A stretch of 52,495 nt of DNA from a phage, in NCBI GenBank assembly GCA_028879995.1, contig GCA_028879995.1_4895.1. One strand, written 5' to 3'. Position 1 is the stretch's first letter; each line of letters begins with the position of its first letter. Below the pieces are notes generated by a model. That model searched no databases and was not told the DNA's origin. It saw nothing but the letters and a program-made list of their open reading frames with translations. Position numbers and translations under genes: made by a program. This document shows positions 20,693 through 29,812 of this stretch, piece by piece.

Positions 20693-21864
20693 TGGGCTCT
20701 GTAACTAGCACAGGCTATGTTCCCGTCAAGCTCGACGACTGGATCAGCAGATTCGAAACGCTCTTCCGTCGTGTGTATGGCGCGGATATTGATTTGTCAG
20801 CTAAGTCTGCTGACGGACAAATGGTTGGTATTCTGGCGCAGATGTTTGCAGACCAGGACGAGCAAGTTGCAATTCTGTTTTCTATGCTTGACCCTAACCA
20901 GGCATCTGGTGTATACGTAGACCAGTTCCTTGCCTACGTAGCGCTTCAGCGTAAAGGCGAGATGTCAACGCTGTTGACCAGGGTTAAGATTGAAGGTGAC
21001 CGTAACACTATTATACGTACTCCTTACTATGTAACTGACAGCTCGAATAACGTGTACCAGCTTAACTCCACTGTTGCGCTGGATGATAACGGTGTAGTCG
21101 AAACAAGCTTCAGTTCTGTTAAGACTGGCCGCTTTGTCGTACTTGCAAACGATGAGCTTAAACCACAGACCATCGTTTCTGGTGTGCGTAAAGTTACCAA
21201 CATGCAAGTGTCGTCTGGCGGTGCGTCCACTGAGCTCGACTCTGAGGCAATAGACCGTGCGTATAACTCTTACGGCAAACCTGGCACGAACAGCTTAGAC
21301 GGTATTGTTGCTGAGATTCGTCAGATGACTGATGTTATCGCGTGTAACGGTTACGAGAACGAAGAAGATACTCGGGACCCGTTAACTGGCTTACCTCCTC
21401 ACAGTATGCAGATTGTTGTGGATGGTGGTTCGCCTGCTGCTATTGCTGACTGTATCTTCCGTCGTAAGACTAATGGCTGTAAGCAGATTGGCACTGTGTC
21501 TTATCAGATTACGGATAAGTCAGGTACACAGCGCACAATGAAATGGAGTCAGCCTACTTATGTTGAGGCTTATGCTTCACTTGTTGTAGCCCGTAAGGAA
21601 CTGTTTACCGACGTTTCCGAGGAACTTATTAAGAATGCTATTCTGTCCAAGGTATACAATATCGGTGAAGAGGTATCAACCTATGAACTTGGCCAGCTGA
21701 TTCAAGAAGCGAATGGCGTAAGCCCCAACTTCTACATCAAAACTTTCTTTGTGGGTAAATCAGCTAATCCGTCGACAGATACGATTCTGCGTATCACTGC
21801 TCTTGAGCGTGCAATATTCACTGCAGACCGTATCACTATTGCAGTGGTGAATGCTGATGGCTGA
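20692..21864 (+). CDS. Baseplate J-like protein
   Basis: 390 aa, ATGA coupling to upstream gene; position. Confidence 0.45.
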   Translation: MGSVTSTGYVPVKLDDWISRFETLFRRVYGADIDLSAKSADGQMVGILAQMFADQDEQVAILFSMLDPNQASGVYVDQFLAYVALQRKGEMSTLLTRVKIEGDRNTIIRTPYYVTDSSNNVYQLNSTVALDDNGVVETSFSSVKTGRFVVLANDELKPQTIVSGVRKVTNMQVSSGGASTELDSEAIDRAYNSYGKPGTNSLDGIVAEIRQMTDVIACNGYENEEDTRDPLTGLPPHSMQIVVDGGSPAAIADCIFRRKTNGCKQIGTVSYQITDKSGTQRTMKWSQPTYVEAYASLVVARKELFTDVSEELIKNAILSKVYNIGEEVSTYELGQLIQEANGVSPNFYIKTFFVGKSANPSTDTILRITALERAIFTADRITIAVVNADG

Positions 21865-22510
21865 ATATCATAAACTACTTATTCAACAGTACGCTGATAA
21901 GCCAAAAGCTGTTGCAACTATTAAGGGCTTCGATGATGCAATTCAGGGTATCTGGGACGGCGCCCAACAAGTTGTTGATAGCCTTAATATCGATAAAGCT
22001 TTCGGTAAAGGTCTTGATAATGTTGCAGCCCGCGTCGGCGCATCTCGTGTTCTCAAGAAAGGCGTAGACCGTAAGTTCTTCGGCTTTACCAACAAAGTAC
22101 CAGATGTGCTTGGCTTCGGTGGTTCGTCTGGTAATAAAGGTGGCCCGTTCTATCGCTACGGTGCATCAGTATGGGACCCGGTAATTCTTGACGACATTGA
22201 CCTGCGTACTTACATCAAGATGAAAATCTGGAAGAACATGCAAGACGGTACTATGCCGTATCTAATTGACTTCCTGATTGAATTCTTCGGAATGAATAAC
22301 TTCGTTATAACTGACAACGAAGATATGACAATGACTCTGGAGATATACAGTACTCTGACACCACTTAAGCAAGTGCTGATTCAGAACTACGATATACTTC
22401 CGCGCCCCACAGGGGTAAAGATTGAACTTAACACGAGCGTTGACGTTACGGATAGTCTGTATCGTTATGCTACTGTAAACTTACCAGCACAGGTGAATGT
22501 ATATGGCTGA
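21851..22510 (+). CDS. Baseplate/tail-fiber-attachment protein (gpI-like)
   Basis: 219 aa, overlaps J-like gene end; position. Confidence 0.4.
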   Translation: MLMAEYHKLLIQQYADKPKAVATIKGFDDAIQGIWDGAQQVVDSLNIDKAFGKGLDNVAARVGASRVLKKGVDRKFFGFTNKVPDVLGFGGSSGNKGGPFYRYGASVWDPVILDDIDLRTYIKMKIWKNMQDGTMPYLIDFLIEFFGMNNFVITDNEDMTMTLEIYSTLTPLKQVLIQNYDILPRPTGVKIELNTSVDVTDSLYRYATVNLPAQVNVYG

Positions 22511-23837
22511 TGTACAAACAAGACCCGATAACGACATCTTCGCCAGCTCCGCGGGTACTGGTGAACTGCTGCCGTTCGGTGACCTTGCTCGTGGCTGGGG
22601 TGCAACCCTTGGCTACTCTGAAGGTATTCCTCCGATGGAGTGGTTTAACTTTATCGGTAACCGTACTGACAAAGGTATCCACTACATCCTTCAGCAGGGT
22701 GTTGATGTATGGGTAGAAACTGAGACCTACCCGGTTGGTGCACTGGTTAAAGTTAACGCCGACAATATGCTGTACCGTTGTCTGGTGCAGAACATTAATA
22801 TGCCACCGTCTGCTAACCCTACGCAGTGGCGCCCTGTACTCGACCTGACTGCAGCAACTGCTGCAGCACGACAGGTTGGTAAGGCCTCTGGTAACGTAAT
22901 CCAGGTCGGTGCATTTGGTTTAGGTGGCAACGCTGAGGTAGTTACTAATGCTAACAGCATTGTAAACGACGGTATCTACCAGCTTCCAGCGTCAGGTACT
23001 GGCGGACCTACTAACGGCGTTGAGACTGAGATTCTGCATATCAACTGGGATGAGAAAAACGCTTCACAGTGGGGACGCACCAAGGGTAAGCGCGTAATAG
23101 CCATGCGCGAGAAGGTTAACAATACCTGGGGCGGATGGTCATACTCTTACGGGCCTGATAATAAACCTACTGCATCTGAGCTGGGCATTAACCAGGACTT
23201 CATCCCTATGGATGGTTCTGACTCAATCCGCGGCAACTTAGGTACTGTAGGCTGGTTACATATTGCACGTACTACTTCCGACTTGCTACGTGCTGCTAAC
23301 TCCGCCGGTGTAGGTACTGTTGAGTATTCTGGTAACATCGCAGGCGGTACTGCTGTTCAGGAGTTGCTGACTTCAGTTTCTGTAGCGGCTAACAGTAATG
23401 TTGTCACTGCTGCTCGCTGGGGATCTGTGCCTATGTCGCACATCCAGCACATCCTTGTGGCTGGCGGTGCTACACAGATTAACATGGCAGTATGTCGCCC
23501 TGGTGGTATTGCCGACCGCCGTACAGTAGCTTTGCAGGTGGATGGCCTTAACAGCCGAGTAACTACCACAAATAGCTTTATTTTATGTGAGAATGGTGTT
23601 AGAGTATATTCACCTAACAACCCGCAGCCTATCGATACTTCAGCCGGTAACGTTCGGGGTATTCGACTCGGCGCTCGTATTGCTGCTGGTGTATCCGAGT
23701 CAACGTTCTACCCTGGGCATGTAATGACTGGCTGGCGCTTCGGCAATAAGAAAGAGCTGCGTGGTGGTACATACTGGTCAGCGCCGTTACAGTATTATAT
23801 CAACGGCACTTGGATTAACGTAAGCAACGTATCGTAA
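22497..23837 (+). CDS. Tail fiber protein
   Basis: 446 aa, Gly/Thr/Asn/Val-rich; last structural gene before two chaperone-like paralogs. Confidence 0.5.
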   Translation: MYMADVQTRPDNDIFASSAGTGELLPFGDLARGWGATLGYSEGIPPMEWFNFIGNRTDKGIHYILQQGVDVWVETETYPVGALVKVNADNMLYRCLVQNINMPPSANPTQWRPVLDLTAATAAARQVGKASGNVIQVGAFGLGGNAEVVTNANSIVNDGIYQLPASGTGGPTNGVETEILHINWDEKNASQWGRTKGKRVIAMREKVNNTWGGWSYSYGPDNKPTASELGINQDFIPMDGSDSIRGNLGTVGWLHIARTTSDLLRAANSAGVGTVEYSGNIAGGTAVQELLTSVSVAANSNVVTAARWGSVPMSHIQHILVAGGATQINMAVCRPGGIADRRTVALQVDGLNSRVTTTNSFILCENGVRVYSPNNPQPIDTSAGNVRGIRLGARIAAGVSESTFYPGHVMTGWRFGNKKELRGGTYWSAPLQYYINGTWINVSNVS

Positions 23838-23846
23838 AGGTTTATT

Positions 23847-24389
23847 ATGACTAAGCATAAGGTGTTCCGTAACTTTACCATGTACCATCCTGAGGTAACA
23901 GAAGAGAACGAGAACATTGTAAATGCTGGTGCAATCTTCCTCAAGGATGAGGAAGGTCGCGACTGGTATAATCTCGCAAAAGAGTTCGCTGTCAAATACG
24001 AAGGTGCAACGTTCTTGCAGGTAGATAAGAACGGAGTTGTAATTGCTGCACATACCGACCCAACTATGTTCCATCCTGTGGGTTGCGATATGGTTGTAAC
24101 GTACGACCCGCCTTTCAACATCTTCGAGACTGTTGGCGAATGGCTGTTCGACGGTAAAGAGTTTACGCTTAACGCACCAATGATGAAGGAGATTGCTCGT
24201 GAGCGTAAAGAACAAGCTCTGTCCATCGCTTCGACCAAGGTAAGTGTTTTACGCGACACAGTTGATAGTGGCAATGCTACCGATGAAGAAAAAGAGCTAT
24301 TTGCTAAATGGCGTGATTACAGGATTGCTGTCAATCGTCTTGACATTAACCTTGGTTCCGCTATGGTTGTTCCACCTATGCCGGAGTAA
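23847..24389 (+). CDS. Putative tail fiber assembly chaperone, paralog 1
   Basis: 180 aa; clear similarity to the next ORF (N-terminal F.NFT.Y.P, W..LAKE, FPV.CD motifs). Confidence 0.4.
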   Translation: MTKHKVFRNFTMYHPEVTEENENIVNAGAIFLKDEEGRDWYNLAKEFAVKYEGATFLQVDKNGVVIAAHTDPTMFHPVGCDMVVTYDPPFNIFETVGEWLFDGKEFTLNAPMMKEIARERKEQALSIASTKVSVLRDTVDSGNATDEEKELFAKWRDYRIAVNRLDINLGSAMVVPPMPE

Positions 24390-24392
24390 ACC

Positions 24393-24896
24393 ATGCAACT
24401 GTCATTTTTCAACTTTACAGAATACAACCCACAAAGGACGGCGGAGACACTTCCGCTGATTAAGCAAGGCGTTGTATTCATCAAGGATAACAATGGTAAT
24501 GACTGGCGCAAGCTGGCTAAAGAGCTGGCTAAGAATAAAGAGCTGGTTCATTATATTGTTGTGGACAAGTACAATGCTGTTGCCGCGTATGCTAACGATC
24601 CTACACTACTGTTTCCTGTTAATTGCGATTTGCATATTGTTGAGTCTGTCCCTGCTGCTAAGTTTGCGGATTGCTATTACGAATGGTCGTACGTTAATGG
24701 CAAGTTTGTTAAGCACTCTGAACTGCAGAAGGTGATTGCAGAAGAACGCCTGCAGGAAGAACAGGCTTGGGTTGAAGGACAACTCGACACTGAAGAAGAT
24801 GAGGAACGTATTATCGCTCTCCATAAATTCCGTGCCGATTTGTTGCTGCTTGTTATGTCAGATGCGCCGCATATCGACTGGCCTGTACGACCGTAA
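24393..24896 (+). CDS. Putative tail fiber assembly chaperone, paralog 2
   Basis: 167 aa; paralog of 23847-24389; followed by terminator 24904-24944. Confidence 0.4.
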   Translation: MQLSFFNFTEYNPQRTAETLPLIKQGVVFIKDNNGNDWRKLAKELAKNKELVHYIVVDKYNAVAAYANDPTLLFPVNCDLHIVESVPAAKFADCYYEWSYVNGKFVKHSELQKVIAEERLQEEQAWVEGQLDTEEDEERIIALHKFRADLLLLVMSDAPHIDWPVRP

Positions 24897-24903
24897 CTAA
24901 TTG

Positions 24904-24944
24904 CTACCAGCAAGCTTGTGCAGTTGCTGGTAGTGTTTCTTTTA
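24904..24944 (+). terminator. Intrinsic terminator after tail-fiber chaperone genes
   Basis: 10-bp stem CTACCAGCAA/TTGCTGGTAG, 10-nt loop, then T-rich tgtttctttt. Confidence 0.7.
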
Positions 24945-24964
24945 CGCTTGAGTCGTGCTATAAT
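24936..24964 (+). promoter_or_regulatory. Promoter-like site for the lysis cassette (good -10 TATAAT, weak -35)
   Basis: TATAAT at 24959-24964; -35 region TTTCTT; overlaps the terminator tail. Confidence 0.35.
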
Positions 24965-24998
24965 CCACTCTGGGTATACAATAAACCGGAGATATGGG

Positions 24999-25259
24999 AT
25001 GTTTGACTACAACGACAAGTCTTCCCTTATTGGCCAGTTTGTGGCTTGGGTAACAATAACAGTAAGTACTTTATCACTAAGTGATTGGGGTACTCTTATC
25101 GGTATACTAAGTTCCTTGGTGATGCTGATTGTTGTTACGTATAACCAAACACGGCGAACCAAAATTATGTCGGATTATTACAATCGTAAGAAGCCGATAG
25201 AGGATGAAGTCGCATCGAAAGAAGAGGTGTTGCGTGAGTCTGAAATCAGCAGCGACTAA
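24999..25259 (+). CDS. Holin (two TM segments, pinholin-like)
   Basis: In-frame ATG 24999 with RBS GGAG; 87 aa with two hydrophobic segments and a charged C-terminus; directly upstream of the endolysin. Confidence 0.5.
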   Translation: MFDYNDKSSLIGQFVAWVTITVSTLSLSDWGTLIGILSSLVMLIVVTYNQTRRTKIMSDYYNRKKPIEDEVASKEEVLRESEISSD

Positions 25260-25779
25260 AGGAGGTTGTAGCGTGCTCGCTATCATCGGGCTTGTATTGT
25301 CGATGACAAGTACGCATGTACGTACTAATAAAGAAGGTCTTGAAATAATCGGTAATGCAGAAGGTTGTATGCGCAACCCGTATGTATGCCCTACTGGTTA
25401 TTTAACAGTTGGCATTGGTAGCCGCATCTACAGCGATGAGCCCGCTGTACGGCGCGAAGGCCTGACAGACCAGGAGATTGCTGACCGCTGGGTCAAGAAT
25501 ATTCAAGAGGCCGAAAAATGTGTTAATGACTGGTTCCACGGTAAAGATATGAACACGAACCAGTTCAGCGCCATGACCTCTATGGTATTTAACCATGGTT
25601 GCACTAGACTCCGTAAGAACAAGGATGGTTCACCTACCAAAATATATACTGCTGCTCGTAAACAAAACTGGACTGAAATGTGTAACCGCATAACTGACTG
25701 GGATATGGGTGGTAAGTACAGGGGCTTGACAATACGTAAGCAAAAGGAAAAAGCGCTATGTCTAAAACCGGTGCAATAA
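25204..25779 (+). CDS. SAR endolysin, P1 Lyz-like lysozyme
   Basis: N-terminal Gly/Ala/Ser-rich hydrophobic segment with Cys, then VRTNKEGLEIIGNAEGC...PYVCPTGY as in P1 Lyz; possible starts ATG 25204, GTG 25234, GTG 25273. Confidence 0.8.
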   Translation: MKSHRKKRCCVSLKSAATKGGCSVLAIIGLVLSMTSTHVRTNKEGLEIIGNAEGCMRNPYVCPTGYLTVGIGSRIYSDEPAVRREGLTDQEIADRWVKNIQEAEKCVNDWFHGKDMNTNQFSAMTSMVFNHGCTRLRKNKDGSPTKIYTAARKQNWTEMCNRITDWDMGGKYRGLTIRKQKEKALCLKPVQ

Positions 25780-26087
25780 TTGCAGTTATTCTCGGCCTCG
25801 CCATTGTGTTCCTGTCTTTGTGGGTACGTGAGCTGAAAGGTGATATTATCGACCGCGACGGTATAATCAAACAGCTTAACAAGACTAATGGCGAGTTGTC
25901 TGCTGCTAATCAAACGCTGATTAATTCTGTAAAGGATGAACGTGAGGCCTCAGCCAAACGCGCCAGTAAGATAGCTGAACTTGAACAACAACTGCGTGAT
26001 AAGAAGGGTAAATATGACGAAGCGACAAAATATGATTCGTGCGCTAATACCGTTGCTCCTTCTGCCGTTATTGAACTCATGCGCTGA
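25758..26087 (+). CDS. i-spanin (Rz-like)
   Basis: 109 aa, N-terminal TM segment then coiled-coil; contains the start of the o-spanin in another frame. Confidence 0.6.
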   Translation: MSKTGAIIAVILGLAIVFLSLWVRELKGDIIDRDGIIKQLNKTNGELSAANQTLINSVKDEREASAKRASKIAELEQQLRDKKGKYDEATKYDSCANTVAPSAVIELMR

Positions 26088-26289
26088 TAAGCCTGAAGTT
26101 GTTTATGTTGACAGGGTAGTCAAGGTTTATCCGCCTGGTGCGTACCTGGTTAAATGCCATAAGCCTGAATTAACAGGTAACACCTGGAAGGCAATAGGTC
26201 AGTTAGCTATTGAACGTGGAACAGCTCTTGATGATTGTGCAGACAAGATGGACAGCATAATTAACTGGAGTAACAAAGGGGCCGAGTGA
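26014..26289 (+). CDS. o-spanin (Rz1-like lipoprotein)
   Basis: ATG 26014 with RBS AAGAAGGG; signal peptide ending in lipobox-like LLNSC; overlaps the Rz 3' end. Confidence 0.55.
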   Translation: MTKRQNMIRALIPLLLLPLLNSCADKPEVVYVDRVVKVYPPGAYLVKCHKPELTGNTWKAIGQLAIERGTALDDCADKMDSIINWSNKGAE

Positions 26290-26305
26290 TGGCCCCTTTA
26301 TTTAT
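26277..26305. terminator. Bidirectional intrinsic terminator between lysis cassette and minus-strand replication block
   Basis: Stem GGGGCC/GGCCCC with 7-nt loop, T-rich on both strands; sits between convergent Rz1 and TraR-like genes. Confidence 0.65.
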
Positions 26306-26529
26306 TAGCGTTTTCCTTTCAGCTCGTTATACTGCGCACATGCAGCACACAGCACTGTACCGGGTAAAAGCTGACGTCGTTTTTCTTCAATGTCTTCCCC
26401 ACACTGGTAGCACGTCAGCGGGCTTACTCCGGTGTATCTTACTCGGTTCGATAGTGCTGCGTCCCGGGCAACTTGTTCAGCTTCAGAAGCCATATCAGTA
26501 ATGTCCGATGTGCGCATAGTCTCAATCAT
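26305..26529 (-). CDS. TraR/DksA-family C4 zinc-finger protein
   Basis: 74 aa with CYQCGEDIEEKRRQLLPGTVLCAACAQ, matching the TraR C-x2-C...PG.TLC..C fold signature. Confidence 0.7.
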   Translation of the reverse strand: MIETMRTSDITDMASEAEQVARDAALSNRVRYTGVSPLTCYQCGEDIEEKRRQLLPGTVLCAACAQYNELKGKR

Positions 26530-26804
26530 TATTTTCCCTCTTCTTCACAATACAGGGTTTCTAATTCATCGCATAGCTGTTGCGTCCAGTAATCATCCTC
26601 GCCACGTATCTGGAAGCACAGCACAGGAATATCCTGTCGTAAAATATCGCTCTTGTAAATCTTTTTGGCAACAGCTTCTGGTTCTTCCTGGAATATCTTC
26701 ATAAACCAGTCCAGGCCTGACGTACAGCCTGAGGCGTCTAGTATCTCCTTCGCCCTTAATTTAAGCGTTTCATCTACCTCATACTCTAAACCTATATTAG
26801 ACAT
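26529..26804 (-). CDS. Hypothetical protein
   Basis: 91 aa acidic ORF, TAATG coupling to TraR-like gene. Confidence 0.4.
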   Translation of the reverse strand: MSNIGLEYEVDETLKLRAKEILDASGCTSGLDWFMKIFQEEPEAVAKKIYKSDILRQDIPVLCFQIRGEDDYWTQQLCDELETLYCEEEGK

Positions 26805-26819
26805 ATTATAGACCTTTAA

Positions 26820-28787
26820 TTAGTGTGCCTCTGCCCAGTTACTTTCTATCTTAGCATCAGTAAGAACAGGAACACGAAGCGGTAACACAGTTTCCATGAC
26901 CCGTACGAAATCATAGAATCCATCTTCTGCTTGCTTACCAGACGGTAGAGAGAAGTTAAGCTCATCGTGTACTGTCAGGCGAGGTACGCCAATCACGTCA
27001 AAGTAACCGTCTTCATACCCTTTCAGCATTGCAGACTTCATCTGGTCCGCTGACGACCCTTGCAGCACCCGGTTGATTGCTTTGTGGGTGTCTGCCAGTT
27101 TAATGTTCGGACCGTACTCCTGACGTGCTTCTTCAAATGGCAAAGGCATCTTACCAAATCCACCACGCTTTGGAACCCATTTGTTGAACCATGTCTTCCG
27201 GCCCATAAAGGTTTCTACGTACCCCTGGCTATAACATAAATCTTCATAATGCTTCATGGTAGCACCAATGAAAGGTGCACCCTGATGATACGCCTTCAGA
27301 ACAGGTTCAGCTTCTTCAGGCGTCATTGCTAACTTACGGGCAAGAGCATTAAGCATCATGCCATACAACAAACCAAAGTTAATGGTCTTAGCCGGTTTAC
27401 GCTCTATAATGTGACCTGAGGCTTCCTTGATAATATCGACCATAACATTGTGGTAATCTGCTTCCGGGTTAGCCGCGAAAATTGCTCGTAACTCATCAGC
27501 GCCCGGGCCGACTGCAAAATGCGCCATGAATCGATATTCAATTTGGGCGTAGTCTGCTGATCCCCATCTGTGTCCGACATCCGGTACGAAACAAGCACGA
27601 AGGAGTGGTCCCAGTATTTTGTGTCGAGACGGTATATTCTGCAGATTAGGGTCAGATGAGCTAAACCGACCACTAACGGTTCCACCGTCATCACCGCGCA
27701 TTTGATGGAATTGACCGTGAAGGAAGCCATTTGTATTCATCCCCAATATATAGCCACGAATAAACGTGGACTGGATTTTCTCATAAGACTTAATCTCAGA
27801 CACCAGTTCCGCAAACGGATGGTGCAAGCCTGCTAAGAAGTCTGCCGTAAACGACGGATTGCCCGCCGCTGTTCTGAAGTACTCCAGACCTAAATGGTCA
27901 AATGCAAGAGCTAAGTCCGGACCGGAGTTAACGTTAATGTTAAAGCCAATCTGGTCTTTAATCTGCTGGTGCATTTTCCTTATTTCAGCGCTAAGCGTAT
28001 CATCCGCCTCTTTGGCTTTGTCAAGGTCAACACGCACACCTGCAAAACGCATCTTAAGCATTAATGGAATGAGCTTGCACTCCATATAGAATACGTCTGT
28101 TAAACACCAGCGACTTAACAAAGGCCACTGGGCTTTGATAATGTGTATTGGTAAGTCGGCGTCAGATTCAGCATAGTAACCCACAAGACGAGGAGGCGTT
28201 TTGTAGATGTACTTTCTGGCTTCACCTGTTGGCTTACAGCCATAAGCGTCTGAAATCCATTGGTACATCTCGGCTGAGTCTTTACCTTCGCCTACATACT
28301 TTCGTCCAAGTCCTTCAAGTGCAACACGCGCGCCTGGGTCAAGTAATGCTTCCGCGAATTGTACATCCATGCACAATCCTTTAACTTCCACGCCTTCTGC
28401 TGCAAGCCAGCCCAAGTCATATGTGATGTTAGCACCGACTTTAACTTGGTTAGGTCGCGAGAGTTCGAGCCGAAGCCAACCAAGTACTTCCTCAGCTGGA
28501 AGGTTATCCTCTTCGCCGAGCTCGTGTCTGATTGGGTAGTAAGCTTTGAAGCCGTTGTCCGTAGCGATACTAACTCCAACGATATGACCCTCCCTCCTGG
28601 CCCAACCACTACCATTTGTATCCATCCCTGGGTCGTATGTTTCACAGTCAAGACCGATAATCTTCGCAGTAGACAAATCCGGGTAATGCGCGCGCGGCCG
28701 CCATCCAGTATCCCTGACGTATGGTATAGGACGGTTGATAGGTTTAACATTCTTTGCACCTTCGAAGCTATCGAATAAAAAGCTCAT
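26820..28787 (-). CDS. DNA polymerase, family A, with 3'-5' exonuclease domain
   Basis: Exo motif LDCETYD; pol motif A DYAQIEYR, motif B KTINFGLLYGM, motif C VHDELNF; ATG 28787 (tool start 28790 is TTG). Confidence 0.9.
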   Translation of the reverse strand: MSFLFDSFEGAKNVKPINRPIPYVRDTGWRPRAHYPDLSTAKIIGLDCETYDPGMDTNGSGWARREGHIVGVSIATDNGFKAYYPIRHELGEEDNLPAEEVLGWLRLELSRPNQVKVGANITYDLGWLAAEGVEVKGLCMDVQFAEALLDPGARVALEGLGRKYVGEGKDSAEMYQWISDAYGCKPTGEARKYIYKTPPRLVGYYAESDADLPIHIIKAQWPLLSRWCLTDVFYMECKLIPLMLKMRFAGVRVDLDKAKEADDTLSAEIRKMHQQIKDQIGFNINVNSGPDLALAFDHLGLEYFRTAAGNPSFTADFLAGLHHPFAELVSEIKSYEKIQSTFIRGYILGMNTNGFLHGQFHQMRGDDGGTVSGRFSSSDPNLQNIPSRHKILGPLLRACFVPDVGHRWGSADYAQIEYRFMAHFAVGPGADELRAIFAANPEADYHNVMVDIIKEASGHIIERKPAKTINFGLLYGMMLNALARKLAMTPEEAEPVLKAYHQGAPFIGATMKHYEDLCYSQGYVETFMGRKTWFNKWVPKRGGFGKMPLPFEEARQEYGPNIKLADTHKAINRVLQGSSADQMKSAMLKGYEDGYFDVIGVPRLTVHDELNFSLPSGKQAEDGFYDFVRVMETVLPLRVPVLTDAKIESNWAEAH

Positions 28788-29782
28788 CAATCCCCTCTCA
28801 CATACGCAATTACAACTGTACGAGTTGAGTTTTCCATTTTGAGCGCCTGACTACCCAGGCCTATTCTTTCCATGCCTTTAGCCAGTTTACTCATCTGACT
28901 AATAACACAGTTGAACGGTTTACTAAACTTAGTCGACTGGAACTTAATGTCGACGGACATCTTTGGAATAATCTTATCTGGTAAGTCTGCCTTTGCAGTT
29001 GACTCGCCTGTTATCTCCAGAATAGCCTGACCTTCGTCGTACCCAGTAAGCTGGTCCATGACTTCCAGGAACTCAGGAGTGATGGCCTGCATATCCATTT
29101 CCATATTGAAGAACTTCGATACGTCTGGCCATTTGGCTGCTAGTACCGGAGCATCCATCTGTACACCATCCGCAAAGCCGAAGAACATCTGGCCGCGGGC
29201 GTAACCTACACTTGTGGGTTCCATCTTCAGCTTAACCAGAGCCTCAAGCATTGGTTTGGCTATGGCACATTCAAATTCAAAATCTACGTTCAGCTTCTCG
29301 CGTATCATATACTTACCGTTAGTTGCGTAAGCATAACCATCGCGCAGAAGTAAAGATGTTGCCCATACCTGCGGTGCTTCGTTAGGTACCCATTTGGCTA
29401 AGGCAGTTAATACCGGGAGTAATTCGCCATGCGCTGAATACCAGTTGTTAACTGTAGCAAGTGGTGGTATTGGTTCATTAAGCGCTTGCATTCTTGTTTT
29501 AAGTACGCCTGCTGTGACTGTGAGGTTTCCAGCGGCTGTAATGTTAAAAGTAATCTGTTCAGTTCTTGCCGCATTAACGGCCTTACGAAATGATTCAGCA
29601 TCCACTTGCAGGTCTGGAAATCCTTTACATGGCGCTCGTAGTAATACGTTCTTGTAGTATGAATGGATTGTTTCGTTTGCAATCCATATTTTGCCCATAA
29701 GACCGCTATCAGTATACTTGATGGGACGAGCTTGTTGAACGGCAGTCTGTATTTGTTTGGTGTCATAGTTAAACTTGCTCAT
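28787..29782 (-). CDS. Hypothetical replication protein, possibly a sliding-clamp-like protein
   Basis: 331 aa immediately upstream of and coupled to the polymerase; weak by-eye resemblance to beta-clamp repeats. Confidence 0.3.
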   Translation of the reverse strand: MSKFNYDTKQIQTAVQQARPIKYTDSGLMGKIWIANETIHSYYKNVLLRAPCKGFPDLQVDAESFRKAVNAARTEQITFNITAAGNLTVTAGVLKTRMQALNEPIPPLATVNNWYSAHGELLPVLTALAKWVPNEAPQVWATSLLLRDGYAYATNGKYMIREKLNVDFEFECAIAKPMLEALVKLKMEPTSVGYARGQMFFGFADGVQMDAPVLAAKWPDVSKFFNMEMDMQAITPEFLEVMDQLTGYDEGQAILEITGESTAKADLPDKIIPKMSVDIKFQSTKFSKPFNCVISQMSKLAKGMERIGLGSQALKMENSTRTVVIAYVRGD

Positions 29783-29790
29783 AGTATAAC

Positions 29791-29804
29791 GGGGCCGAAG
29801 CCCC
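29791..29804 (-). other. GC hairpin GGGGCCGAAGCCCC (copy 1)
   Basis: Perfect 5-bp GC stem with CGAA loop between the ThyA-family gene stop and clamp-like gene start; identical 14-mer at 36236-36249. Confidence 0.5.
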
Positions 29805-29812
29805 GCTCCATC

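Noticed and set aside
325-24913. Numerous 60-160 aa ORFs antisense to or out of frame within long structural genes
   Set aside because: Each is nested in a longer, better-supported ORF on the other strand or frame, without an independent RBS or promoter.
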